Assembly: GCA_964016885.1 (NCBI GenBank)
Contig: OZ024743.1
Span: 12,462,001-12,526,000 of the forward strand
Direction of reading: 5' to 3'
Length of the DNA stretch: 64,000 nucleotides
Origin: Eledone cirrhosa
Taxonomy: Eukaryota
Shown here: positions 14,333 to 25,968 of the stretch, piece by piece
Layout: every line of letters starts with the position of its first letter
How positions within the stretch are numbered: the first letter of the stretch is position 1
Notes under the pieces: model-generated
The model's database searches: none
Seen by the model: only the letters and a program-made list of their open reading frames with translations
Told to the model about the DNA's origin: nothing
Program-made: the position numbers and the translations under genes

Positions 14333-17300
14333 TATATGGAAAAATGGGGGTAGCAGAGACCAGTACCAGGTAGCTAAGAGAGAAGCTAAACGACAGATAT
14401 ACTCAGCTCAGAAAGAGGCTGGCAAAAGAAAGTTTGCCAATGTCTTGGGGCGTGAAGACCAGAGACATGAAGTGTTCCACATTGCAAGGCAGTGTGTTAG
14501 TGTAAATCATGATGCTGTTGGGGGAAAATATGTTAGAAATGACACTGGTGCAATTTGCACCAGTGATACCCAAAAGGAAGAGGCCTGAAAATGTTACTAT
14601 GAGAGGTTGATGAATGCACAGAATGAATGGGAGTGAGAGTGACTACCCACAACTTACACAAAAGAAGGACCAGTTATTGAAGTTGACAGTTATAGGGTCA
14701 AAAAGCAATCAAAGTGATGAAGAATGGTAAAGCTGTAAGACCATCAGAGATAGTTGCTGAAATAATTATGCTAAAAGCATGGGGGGGGGGGGATAAGAGT
14801 TGAACTAGTATACTGCATAGTCAATAAGGTAATACAAGACAGAGCCATGCCCAATTTCTGGTGCAGCAGTACAATCATAAATTTCTACAAGGGTAAAGGT
14901 GATGCTCTAGAAAGAAGCAACTACAGAGGAATAAAACTAATGGAACAGCTATGAAAGTGACAGTTAATTAGGTAAAGAGTCAAATTAGACAAGATGCAGT
15001 TTAGTTTCATGCCTGGGACATGTACTACAGATGCCTTCTTTTTAGTGAAACAACTACAAGAGAAGTTCCTAGCAAAGAATAAGCCACTATATTTAGCTTT
15101 TGTTGATCTAGAAAAGACCTTAGACAGAGTATCTTCATTTATTATCTGGTGTTCCTTAAGGAAATTAGGTGTAGAAGAATGACTGGAGAAAGCAGTGCAA
15201 GCTATGTACAGAGGAGCTGTCAGTAAAGTGGAAGTAGGAAGTGAGTTTAGTGAGGAATTCAAGGTATAGATAGGAATTCATCAAGGTTTGGTTCTTAGCC
15301 CACTGCTGTTCATCATAGTTCACTAGGCCATAACAGAGGAGTTTAAAACTGGCTATACATGGGAACTTCTCTATGCAGATGATTTGGTCTTTATAGCCAA
15401 ATCCATAAAAGAACTACAAAATAAGATCCGATAATGGAAATAGAATTCGGAATCAAAACAAAAGTGTGAGTGAGTAGGAAAGAAAATAGGACCCCGATCC
15501 CTTCAAGGAAGTGGCCCTGTTCAATGCATAGAAAAGAAGTAGGCATAAACTTCACACGGTGTACACAATGTAAATCTTGGGTACACAAGAAATGTAGTGG
15601 GATAACACATAGACTAACAGGAAAAAAGGACTGTATGTAGAAGATGCACAGGAATAATCGAGGGGAATAGTGTTAGTGATATAAACCACTTCAAGTCATA
15701 CGAAGTGTCCATAGCAGTCGTTGGTAGCTTCTACTAAGTGACATAATTAGCAGCAGAGGAGTGTGTTCTGAGAGCATGATAGCTAGAATATGGATAGGGT
15801 GAAAGAGGTTTAGAGAGCTATGCCCACTGTTTACAACAAAAGGTTTCTCCCTACATACAAATGTATGGCTGTATGCCTGTGTGCAAAGTGTGATGTTGTA
15901 TGGTAGTGAAACATGGCCAATGATTGCAGAAGACGTGTAGTCAGGAGAGAAATGAAGGAGCCATTCTTTGTTGGATGTGCAATGTAAATGTGAAAGAAAA
16001 TCAGCGCTTGGATGAACTGATGGAGAAGCTGGGTTTAAGAGGAATCCAAGGTGGTGTGCAAAAGAGAAGACTGCATTGGTAGGAACATGTGATGCACATG
16101 GATGATGATTGATGGGTGAAGAAGTGCCAGGAAATGCCAATGGAAGGAAGCCACAGTAGAAGTAGCCTGAGAAAGACCTGGGCAAAGGTAGTGAGAGCTG
16201 AACTTGAATTGCTGAAACTCACAGAGGAGATGATGAAGAAACATGGTGAGAGAAGAGATGCTGTGTTGTGAAGGGCCCGATGTGTGTGTATGTGCGTATG
16301 CATGTATGTATATATATATCAAGGAATTAATTTTAGAATTTTCTATCATTTTGAGACATACCTTATCAGGATATTCATCCGTGTCATCTTTGACAAGATT
16401 CTTAGTTTTCTTGTCTTTGTTGTATTTTGCTGAAACAGAAAAGATATTGAGGATAAAATATGATACAGAAATATGTATAGGAATAATATGAAAATAAATG
16501 TACAAACACATACATAAACAGACACACACATGCACACATACACTATGAATCCCCAAAAAGGTTTCAATTTCAGTTGGGGACCTAGATTATTTTCCAAAAG
16601 CTTCTATCCCAAAACAATATGCAAGATGCCATTTTTTAAAGAAATTTTACATAAATGTACATAATTTTTGCTATTTCATAATTCAACAAAGAATCAATGT
16701 GTGTGCGCATGCATTCATATGTGCATATATGCATGGATGTAGTACGGCCAAATACTTAAGATGTTTGTTTCGCAATCATTAGGTCCTGAATTCCTAATGA
16801 TTTAAAAATTTTAAATTAAGTAAAACATTTAAACAAATTTTATTTTACTGTATAGCCTGGAAGGAACTTACTTCAGAGCTTCCATGCCAGGTATTCTCAA
16901 GCCAGAGACCTGGCTAGGGTACTTACAAAAAGTGGACTCCCCTACAGGCACCCATGGACAGGTGGTGATGTTAAACAAGATGTTAAACGGAATAAGTCTA
17001 CCACCCAAAAATCTAAAGAGTAAGTATAACAATCAATAGCCATTTGTTCATGACATCTTTACAGCAATTAATAGATGAATATTTAAGAAGTATATCCTCA
17101 CCAAGCTGGTATTCATCAAAATCCTTAAATTTTTCAACCATTGCTTTTCGTAAGGCAGCAGGTAAAACACCAATTACTGAGGGTTTGTTTAGTGATTGGT
17201 ACTAGAAATAAAGGGAAATGAAATAAATTATTATTATTAATCTATTGAAGAAAAAATGCTACATTGTAATTATCTGTGCATGCAATATTTTCAGTATTGA

Positions 17301-20300
17301 TATTAGTGATTATATTACAGATTTAATAAAAATGAAACATTTCAAGATTTATTTTTCTTACTTGTCAAAATAAACAAATATTATTATTTTTCAGGTGGAT
17401 TGTGTCTGTTAGTAATTAACCTAAATACTTTACATATTTTTTTTAATATGCTAAATTCTGCATATATATATCATTGTCATTTTAATGTCTGCTTCCCCTG
17501 CTAGATGATTCCTCACTGGCAGTTTTATGTGTGTGCGTGTGTATATGTATATGTGCATGCATATTCATACATAAACACACACACAAGAATTCACAGACAC
17601 ATGTATATATATACACACACACACACAAATGTGCACACTCATGCATACACAAACAATACAAAAAAGTCAGACACACGTGGATATACACATACACACACTC
17701 ATACATAAACATATACACACAAACACATTCATCCAAAACATACACACGTGCACAGGCACATACACACACAAAAAAACTACAAAAACACTCACACATAAAC
17801 CTACACACATGCATAAAATCACAGAAGGATTCACAGACTCTCACACACACACACACAATAGATACTGTGTCTACTTAGTGATTCTCTCATGACGACACAA
17901 AAATGGAGATTAAATATAAAATGTGAATGTAACTTACACCACAGAAGTCAGCAACTTCAATCCAGTCAGATGGTAAAACCACAGTTCTCCTGTAGTACTT
18001 CTTCAAAAAATTTCGACATTCATGATGCATAGATGCAAAAGCAAGAAGATAGTTGCTAGCACTGCGGATATTGAGTTGAAGACGTGAATATAACGCTACC
18101 TGTTATTTTGAAACAAATGTCAGATTTAAGACAATCATAAAAGATTTCCAATTCGGTGTTTGTACCTTACCTTACCTATGGTCATGAATAGGATCATGAA
18201 TATAAGCAGCTGAAATGGGATTCCCTTTAAAGCAGAGTTTCCCCAACTTTTTCAAACACAGAACCCTTTGGGTTCAGAAACTTTTGGCGGAGAACCCCAA
18301 AGTCTAATACTCTTATATCATCATAATATAAATATACTCCTCTACCTTTTTTCACGGAACCACAGACACACCTTTGTGGAACCCACTTTGGGAACCCTCT
18401 ATGGGTCTTTAGAGTAACATTACTCAATAGGATGTATAGCAATTATGTGGTTTCAATTTCAGTCCCACTGCATAGCACCTGAGGCAGGTGTCTTTTCTAA
18501 GGTCTTGTGTTGACCAAAGACTTATAAGTAAAATTTGGTATATGGAAACTGTGCCTATCATATGTCATTGTCATGATCATCATTATCGTTTAACGTCCAT
18601 CATCCACGCAAGCATGGGTTAGATGGTTTTGTTCCATTTGATGTGGGAATAGTTGGGAGACCGTGTCTCGCTTGTACGGAAGTGTCTCTGGCAGGTTTTT
18701 TACAGCTGGATGCCCTTTCTAACACCAACCACATTTACAGTGGATATATGTATATGTGTGTGTGTGTGTGTCTGTGTATGTGTGTGTGTCTGTGTGTGTC
18801 TGTGTGTGTGTCTGTGCGCACATGTCCGTGTTTTCATTTACTATGCAAACATGGAAAACGAGACAGAAAAGGATGATGATGGTGATGATAATGTTGATGA
18901 AGGTGATCGAACTGAAGATGATGGTGATCGAACTGAAGATAATGCATGTAACCTAGTAGCTCGATAACAGTCTAATGACTGAAACCAATAAAAGAACTCT
19001 CACCTTTAAAATAAATTCTGGGTCCACCTCAGCAATTTCAGAACACAAAGTTTCAATGAAAAGTTTTTTCTCACAATCAGTACTCTTGAACTTTGGTGGT
19101 GAAATCAGAACTGAACCAATAACTCGAAGAAGTTTCTCCTAAAACGTGTCAAATGTACAAATATAAAACATTAATTCAACAGAAAAATTATAATGCTTGT
19201 TAAGAGAAATATTCTTTAATCAAATATAATAAATAATTAATCACAGAGAGAAATTACTCAGAGTAGATGTGAAATTTAGCATATTGTAAAAAGAAATATA
19301 CCACTAGAGGAAAACTAATCAAGGATGCCATCTGCATAAACAACAATAATTAAGTTGATGTTAACATTCTTAATGCAATGAGCATGAAAAGGTTATTTTT
19401 AAATGATTAGACAATGAGAAAAAGACATTACCTCAATGACTAACATTATTTTAATAATTTCAGTAAGTACTGGCAAAAGCTCCAGACATGTTTCAGCCTT
19501 ATTAAACATCCTCAGTTAGGCATAGACTTCACTGTACTTGCCAAAAAAGTGATGAAAGAACCACTAAGTAAATGTACACAGTTGTACACAAGTATGCATA
19601 GAAATTTAGCATATTAATTTTAAAAATTACTAAGATTAATTACTTCAAGACATCACTTGCATGAAAAACAATAGTTAACCCTTTAACATTTAACCCAGCT
19701 GTGTCCGGCCAGAATTCTCTCACATCTTTCTGTTCAAACTGGCCATAACCAGCTGCTCATACTTATGTTAAGGTATTGTTCTCAAAATAAATAATATCAA
19801 AATCTCATAGATTCGATATTATGTGGGATAACTATGTGAAGTAAAGTGTTTACTGTGAAAATACAATAGAAAATATAGAGTAATGTAAATGCTAAAGGGT
19901 TAAATAAACATTAACATATTTTTCTTTTATGGCTTAATTATAGGAGGAATGACATAACCTCTTCCAGAGACACAGAAACTGACAGAAAGAAGAGAAGAAA
20001 TTATCCTCAGGCAGGAGATATGGGCTGAATGTTTGCTACCAAATAGACTCCACTAAAAGCACACAAGAACCAGGTAGTGGTGTTAAATCAAACACTGAAT
20101 TAAATCTACCCCTTAGGAAAAAGAATAGTCCCTTCAATGAACTTCCCCATAGTTTTCCTCTACTTCACTTGTAAGGCAACAGTTAACTCCATGTTATATT
20201 TGAAAACACTTGCCCATAATGACACAGTAGGTTTGAACCTAAAATCACATAGTGATGAAACTTTTTAACCACAGTAATACAAATATAAAAATAATTGGTT

Positions 20301-23300
20301 TTTACTTTAGGCACATGGCCAGCAATTTGAAGGGGAGGGGAAAGTCAATTAAATTGACCCCAGTGCATTACTAGTGTTTTATTTTATCAACCCCCATAAG
20401 GATGAACTCAGACATATAGGGTCATAACTCTATGCTGCAAAGCATGGTGTCTGACACTCTACCAATACTGCCAATCCACCGCCCTAATAATTGTTTCTAC
20501 TTTTGGCACAAGGCCAGCAATTATCCCAGTGCATTACTGGTACTTTATTATATTGACCCCGTAAGGATGAAAGGCAAAGTTAACCTCAGTGTAATTTGAG
20601 CTCAGACCGTAAAAGGCCGTAACTCTGTGCTGCAAAGCATGGCGTTCGACCCTCTACCGATACTGTCAATATACATATTTATAGTGGAGAAAAATACAAA
20701 ATTGCCCCCTTTCCTCACCACATAAAAATTTCTAATTAACTTATTTATGCTCACTGCATTAGATATTTTAACACTGACTTAACTATAGTAAAGAAGTGTC
20801 ACCATACTGCTACAGATCAAACTCACTCCCCATTACAATCCATATTCAATTAATATCAATTAATTGATATTTTTTTTTTTTAATGGTAGGGATTCTCACC
20901 CCTACCATTTTTTTTTTTACCAGAATTAGTTATTTAGATAATAATTGCATAACTCGGAGATCAGAGAGTCACTCCAGGTAGAGCTGCTACTTTTCAGAGT
21001 TGAGATATCACAGCTCCGATACTATGGCCGTGTGGTTAGAATGTCTCAGGAAAGAATCTCTGGACAGATTTTACGGGCAAAACCAACCGGTAAGAGACCC
21101 AGGGATAGACCCCGAGCAAGATGGTTGGATAACATCCATGAGCTTGGCTGGTGATGCTTGGAAATCCAACCGAATCAGTTGGATACAGTTGCTTCTGACA
21201 GGACCTGCTGGAAGGAGTGTTTGAGAATTCTGCTCCCACGACCCTCTCAGGAACAAGTGAGCAAAGAAGAAGATAATTGTTTTCATCACAAGAGGTATAA
21301 CTTTAATTAATTATATTTTCTTGGCTTACTATATCAAAAATATGCAAACACTCTCTTAGCTATATAGTAAAGAATGCTTACTTTTAATTGTTGAACATTT
21401 TTGATTAAAGGATCTACATAGGTTTCCGGTTCACTTTTTTCTTGAATAAATTTGAATTTCTCCAAATATTCATCCTTCCCGTCATCATATTCATAATCAT
21501 CTATTTCCTCATCAAATACCATTTCTTCATATTCATTGACATGCTTTTCAATATCAATTTCTTTTCTTTTTTTCCTGACCACTTTATGACATGAATTCGA
21601 TCCTGGTACACTTCTTTTTCTTTGCATTTTATTAAACCTTGGCGGTCTACATGAACAAATTAAAAAACAAAATAAATTCAATCTAGTCAATAGCTCAGCA
21701 ATGAAACTTCATGCCTACCACATCTCCAATAGACAAGTATAGTTTAACCCTTTAGCATTTAAACCAGCCATATCTGGCCAGATTTCTCTCACCTCTTTCT
21801 GTTCAAACCAGCCATTACCGGCTATTCATAGTGATGTTAAGGTATTGTTCTCAAAATAAATAATATGAAAATCTCATAGATTCAATATTATGTGAGATAA
21901 TTATGTGAAGTAAAGCTTTACCATGAAAATATAAGAGTATATATAATAGTATATCTAGAGCAATCATCATCATCATCATCGTTTTACGTCCGTTCTTCCA
22001 CGCTAGCATGGGTTAGACAGTTTGTCCTGTTGTGGGCAGTGTCCGGTCGGCTGACCTTACCTTGCTCATACGGGAACTGATTCTGGCTTGATTTCTACAG
22101 CTGGATGCCTTTGCTAACACCAACCTCATTTACAGTGAGTGCTAGGTGCTTTTTTCCGTGGCACCTACACGCCCACTTTACAGTGTGGGCTGGGTGCTTT
22201 TTTGCCATGGTACCTCCACGACCACTTTGCAGTGGAATGATAAGGACCCCAGTCCTATCATCTCATTTCTACAGCTGAGTAAACTGGAGCAATGTGAAAA
22301 TAAAGTGTCTTGTAAATGCTAAAGGGTTAAAGTTGTTTATAATTGCAATTATAAACAACTTTAACCCTTTAGCATTTACAAGACACTTTATTTTCACATT
22401 GCTCCAATTTACTCAGCTGTAGAAATGAGATGATAGGACTGGGGTCCCTATCATTCCACTGGCAAATCACTCACCAACATACTATAACCTCTGAGCCACA
22501 TTCTCACTGGTTCCTTTATCTGCTCATCTACCAATAGTTTATTTTCCTTTAAACTAACTAGTTGTATACTAACTCTACCATTGTGAAGGAGATGATGAAA
22601 GAGCTGTGAGAAACTATGCTTTAAAAGACCTGTCCAACCCATGCTAGCATGGAGAAACGAGTGTAAAAAAGGATGACGATGATATATGTCAGCTGTGATG
22701 GAGGAGACCTATAATTAAAATTGTTCAATTTATTTACAGAGTGTGAGCATGTGTATATGTGTGTGTGTGTGTGTGAGCATATATGTCTTATGTGTGTTTC
22801 ATACGTGTGTGTGATTGCTATCTACTGTTTAATTCCAGGTCAGATTTAACCAAGTAACTCTATAATCAAAAGCATTCCATCCATGACCAACATAGCTTTT
22901 ATTTACACATAGTGTTTCTATTATTACTGCATCCTTCAAAACCTCCATGCTTCCCGAAATTTGCCAACACTACACCTGATATTCCGCCTCCATACACACG
23001 AACGCATGTATCTATGTGTATATCGTGACTCATACACTGTTCACTTTCCTGACATTTGTACATTATTCTATATAATATACATGCACCTTTGATGAGTTGT
23101 AATGCACCTGAACACTGTACACAATAATTACAATATTATTAGGGCAACGAAACTGTCCTGCACGCACTCGTCCAGTGTCCAAGCATTGCTGACTTGTGGG
23201 TTTATGTCAGACACCTGCTGTCGCATGTAGGACGGATCTGACTATCAGCTGAGTCCATCGTGAGGATTTCCCCGCCACCTTCTTTTAGCTGGGAAGGGCA

Positions 23301-25957
23301 GGCAGTTTTTATCTGCCTGGTAGCCCTGGCGAAAGAGGTCATGTGGTGGACACGTTTGAAAGGGCTGAAGACGAGCACTTACCTCTTCGGTGATACCCTG
23401 ATTAACTTTTTCAAATTTCATTTGAAAAGGAAATTCAGGGTAGAGAGTGCTCCCGTCCCAGTAATTTGTTGAAAGATGGGTGAGATAGGCGAGCATGGTC
23501 CAAGTGAATGGGCCTGCTCTGAGTATGCGCCTGTAGATTGGAAGTGGAGAACTGGGAGAGGGCACTTGCCCTGGCTGTTTTAATGGGCGTTCTCCATGAG
23601 TGATCCTCGGAAGTCTCCCCCTTATTGGGGAATTTTCCTTTGTTTCTTTTTTTTGTCATTTCCTTTGTTTTGTTTTTTCCTTACATGCAGAAATGCCCAT
23701 TTGCACCGTCCTGTACTGTCCTTAATCTTATACTTTATGTCAACCCTTGTGGTTAATAAAGAAAGCATTATTATTTTTACTATTATTATTATGTATATTT
23801 TCTTTCTTTAGCTGTTACTTCTAACAAAGCAAGCAAGACGCTCCTTTGTTGGCTTGCATATAATGTGTGTTTCTGTGGGTGTGTGAGAGAGAGTGTATAT
23901 ACAAACCTCTGTATATGTTTACACCGCTTCAAACGATGTACAGCTACTGGTTTACGTTTCAGTTGAGATTTATCAATATGGGTTGGCTGTGTTTCTGATC
24001 CAACAGGTTCAATAGGAAATGGCATAACTGTTGAAGGTTCATCTTTCAGAAAAGTATTTTCCAAAGAGAGACTTGGAATAGTCAGAGTGCACAACAGAGA
24101 AGCTTCTTTCTCCAAATCCTTCAATAGGTTTTCATTAAATTTAGGTATTTTTGCATCAGATCCATAATGTAAAGATAGATCAAGCAACATGGTATCTCCC
24201 AGATATTCTGTAATAAGAAATATTTAAAGAAATTTTCAAACATTTGATTATATTTAATCACATTAATAAGTTACATAATTAATTCTAACATTTTCAAAAA
24301 GCCAATAATTTGGTGGAATGGAAAAGTTGATGATATCAACATCAGTTCTTAACCAGTACTTTATTTTATCAACCCCAAAAGGATTAAAGGCAAAGTTAAC
24401 CTTGGCAGGATTTGAACTCAGAATGTAGAAAGTCATAATTGAATATTGCAAAGCATTTTGTCTGACACTCTACTGATACTGTCAATCCATCACTTACATA
24501 AATAATTATAATTAATAATATATCAGTAATATAAATTATAAGGTGGCAAAATTGCTGAAACAATATAGAATAGTGGGTGTTTGGACCAAAACATAACAAA
24601 ATTCTTGCAGCAGAAGCTAAGAGCAAGTTGTCCAATACTATATCCATTCAGCATGTAGCAAGCTATAGTAGTGGAAATATCTGATGTCCTACAGCAGCGG
24701 AAATATCTAATGCCCCACAGCAGTGGAAACATTATATCCTATAGCTGTGGAAATATCTGAAGTCCTATGGCAGTGGAAATATGACATCCTACAGCAATGG
24801 AAACGTCTGAAATTCAGCAGCAGTGGAAGTATCTGGTGTTCAATAGCAGTGGAAATATCTGACATTCTATAGCAGTGGAAACATCTGATGTCCTATAGCT
24901 GTAGAAATATCTGATGTCCTATAGCTGTAGAAATATCTGGTCCAATAACAGTGAAAACATCTGATGTCCTATAGTAGTGGAAATATCTAATCCTACAGCC
25001 ATGAAAATATCTGATGTCCAATAGCAGTGGAAATATCTGACATCCTATAGCAGTAGAAACATCTGATGGCCCACAGCAATGTAAATATCTGATGTCCAAT
25101 AGCAGTGGAAATATCTGACATCCTATAGCAGTAGAAACATCTGATGGCCCACAGCAATGTAAATATCTGATGGCCCACAGCAATGTAAATATCTGGTGTC
25201 CCACAGCAATGGAAATATCTGGTCCTACAGCAGTGGAAATATCTGATGCTCTATAGTAGTGGAAACATTTGATCTCCTATAGCTGTGGAAATATCCGATG
25301 TCCCACAGCAGTGGAAACATCAGATGCGCTATAGTAGTGGAAATATCTAATCCGACAGCAGTGGAAATATCTAATGTTCCATCATCATCATCATCATCGT
25401 TTAACGTCCATCTTCCATGCTAGCATGGGTTAGACGGTTTTGTTCCATTTGATGCGGGAATGGTCGGGAGACCATATCTCACTCACACGGAAGCGTCTCT
25501 GGTAGGTTTTTTTTACAGCTGGATGCCCTTCCTAACACCAACCACATTTACAGTGTGGACTGGGAGCCTTTTCACCGTGTCTCCTACACGACCACCTTAC
25601 AGATGACTGTTGTGTTATCGACTGATGTCCCACAGCAGTGGAAATATTTGACATGCTGGGTCCTGAAACACCGCCCTACTCAGTATAGTCCAGATCGAAA
25701 CAGCCATCTATAGAACTGAGCTTCGTGAGGTGAAATGGTACTTTCTATGCATCTTGCTCACCATTGTTCATAGTCAAGCATTTACTACTTTGTCTGCTGG
25801 GACCACAAAATATCTGCATGGTGTTAATGATAGTAATAATGGGAATGTGATGCAATGATGGTGATGGGAGGAGTGAGTGAAAGACAATGAAGAGTTTTAT
25901 TAATTTCTAACCTGGAGGAATTTTCGTCAAAGAATCTAAATCTTCCAGCAAAGGCAT
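2737..25957 (-). CDS. TEP1: Telomerase protein component 1 (TROVE-domain vault/telomerase-associated protein), 5' part; continues beyond left edge
   Basis: 14 exons joined in frame at GT-AG sites: 25912-25968, 23907-24207, 21382-21646, 19004-19138, 17938-18099, 17102-17201, 16362-16429, 14151-14269, 13071-13228, 10279-10388, 8384-8480, 6998-7040, 6081-6264, 4645-4806, plus a likely 15th at 2737-2772. Product has TEP1/TROVE motifs DPEFILKVALYSRLQLNIRS, LPSDWIEVA, LPAALRKAMVEKFKDFDEYQLAKYN, YTLKQLVRQLHI, PETWETQVSLHGN, KLPYMAMLRNIRNLIKAGIS. Start ATG at 25957 is tentative. Confidence 0.92.
4645..4806 (-). CDS. TEP1: TEP1 exon (KQQVSVLLALMC...MVDSD)
   Basis: 162 nt, phase 0/0. Confidence 0.88.
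4897..5078 (-). mobile_element. tRNA-head CORE-type SINE (family with many copies in window)
   Basis: A/B-box-like head (ggcagtatt.gt, gagttcaaatccc), core gcctttcatccttayggggtcgataaaataaagtaccag; further copies near 5362-5535, 7215-7401, 7416-7497, 9750-9955, 20293-20668, 24300-24490, 39197-39370, 42487-42670, 60940-61155, 63535-63690. Confidence 0.85.
5187..5581. mobile_element. piggyBac-like MITE interrupted by a SINE (TSD catgaaaatataat)
   Basis: TTAA flanks, c(c/t)ctttagcattta...taaatgctaaaggg TIRs. Confidence 0.75.
6081..6264 (-). CDS. TEP1: TEP1 exon (IDYTKD...NLRPIKGRTVILC...KSWT)
   Basis: 184 nt, phase 2/0. Confidence 0.9.
6400..6903. repeat. 15-bp minisatellite (ccagccacatctacc)n in TEP1 intron
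   Basis: About 30 degenerate tandem units. Confidence 0.9.
6998..7040 (-). CDS. TEP1: TEP1 small exon (EMPFPAKHKKMNNQP)
   Basis: 43 nt, phase 1/2 needed to bridge flanking exons; gtaagt donor. Confidence 0.82.
7217..7401 (-). mobile_element. SINE copy with 18-bp TSD
   Basis: attcctatcatatataat at 7199-7216 and 7402-7419. Confidence 0.85.
8384..8480 (-). CDS. TEP1: TEP1 exon (NSVINSKQLPTQFFSAY...)
   Basis: 97 nt, phase 0/1. Confidence 0.9.
8540..9690. repeat. Low-complexity (aaaattttc)-type array interrupted by a piggyBac MITE fragment at 9387-9592
   Basis: Degenerate A/T-run units. Confidence 0.8.
10279..10388 (-). CDS. TEP1: TEP1 exon (DHRKLPYMAMLRNIRNL...LSDE)
   Basis: 110 nt, phase 1/0. 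Confidence 0.93.
11095..12090 (-). mobile_element. RTE-clade LINE 3' fragment followed by an RTE-tail SINE-like segment ending in (GAT)n
   Basis: ORF MLHGSETWAL...RRLRWYGHV...GRPRKTW; tail gacgttaaacgatgatgatg. Confidence 0.88.
13071..13228 (-). CDS. TEP1: TEP1 exon (YPKNLEQF...PETWETQVSLHGN...WQSLI)
   Basis: 158 nt, phase 2/1. Confidence 0.93.
14151..14269 (-). CDS. TEP1: TEP1 exon (…YTLKQLVRQLHIAEP…LIGKR)
   Basis: 119 nt, phase 0/2. Confidence 0.92.
14340..16280 (+). mobile_element. Degenerate RTE-clade LINE (RT domain)
   Basis: QFSFMPG...LYLAFVDLEK, GIHQGLVLSPLLF, LLYADDLV, LYGSETW with stops and frameshifts. Confidence 0.9.
16362..16429 (-). CDS. TEP1: TEP1 exon (AKYNKDKK...YPDK)
   Basis: 68 nt, phase 1/0, completes YQLAKYN motif. 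Confidence 0.9.
17102..17201 (-). CDS. TEP1: TEP1 exon (YQSL...FKDFDEYQL)
   Basis: 100 nt, phase 0/1. Confidence 0.93.
17938..18099 (-). CDS. TEP1: TEP1 exon (VALYSRLQLNIRS...LPSDWIEVADFCG)
   Basis: 162 nt, phase 0/0. Confidence 0.93.
18575..18742 (-). mobile_element. RTE-tail SINE (other copies near 21965-22230, 25381-25620, 39380-39520, 44820-45050)
   Basis: ggtgttagaaagggcatccagctgtaaaa motif plus aacccatgctagc...gacgttaaacgatgatg tail. Confidence 0.75.
19004..19138 (-). CDS. TEP1: TEP1 exon, start of TROVE domain (EKLLRVIG...DPEFILK)
   Basis: 135 nt, phase 0/0, TROVE motif. Confidence 0.92.
19679..19899. mobile_element. Complete piggyBac-like MITE
   Basis: TTAA TSD (19675-78, 19900-03), CCCTTTA...TAAAGGG TIRs; related copy 21748-22326 interrupted by SINEs. 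Confidence 0.85.
20945..21275 (+). mobile_element. RTE-like LINE 3' fragment
   Basis: NSEIRESLQVELLLFRVEISQLRYYGRV.RM...GKRPRDRPRARWLD. Confidence 0.8.
21382..21646 (-). CDS. TEP1: TEP1 exon (RPPRFNKMQ...KNVQQLK)
   Basis: tag acceptor, gtaagc donor, in frame. Confidence 0.82.
22230..22461. repeat. 232-bp spacer-less palindrome
   Basis: 116-bp arms with 2 mismatches, centre aattg|caatt at 22345/22346. Confidence 0.92.
23140..23790 (+). mobile_element. L1/Tx1-type LINE 3' end
   Basis: ETVLHALVQC zinc-knuckle, ALAKEVMWWTR; AATAAA at 23755 and (ATT)n tail; abuts a CR1 tail at 22930-23140. Confidence 0.8.
23907..24207 (-). CDS. TEP1: TEP1 exon (EYLGDTMLLDL...SLSLENTFL...HIQR)
   Basis: Open 301-nt exon, phases 1/2 match neighbours; SLSLEN resembles the TEP1 N-terminal repeat motif. 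Confidence 0.8.
24660..25650. repeat. 26-28-bp minisatellite (cagcagtggaaatatctgatgtccta) interrupted by a SINE at 25381-25620
   Basis: About 26 units; one more unit resumes after the SINE. Confidence 0.9.
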
Positions 25958-25968
25958 CGTGAGCTTTT
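25912..25968 (-). CDS. TEP1: TEP1 exon with probable start (MPLLEDLDSLTKIPP)
   Basis: tttgtag acceptor, gttag donor, phase 1 joins in frame to next exon. Confidence 0.7.

Noticed and set aside
17482-17892. Cys/Val- and His/Thr-rich ORFs
   Set aside because: Degenerate (CA)n microsatellite in a TEP1 intron
24660-25380. Repeat-protein ORFs (103 aa, 61 aa) as TEP1 N-terminal repeats
   Set aside because: Unit length 26-28 nt shifts frame; the flanking TEP1 exons join in frame without it
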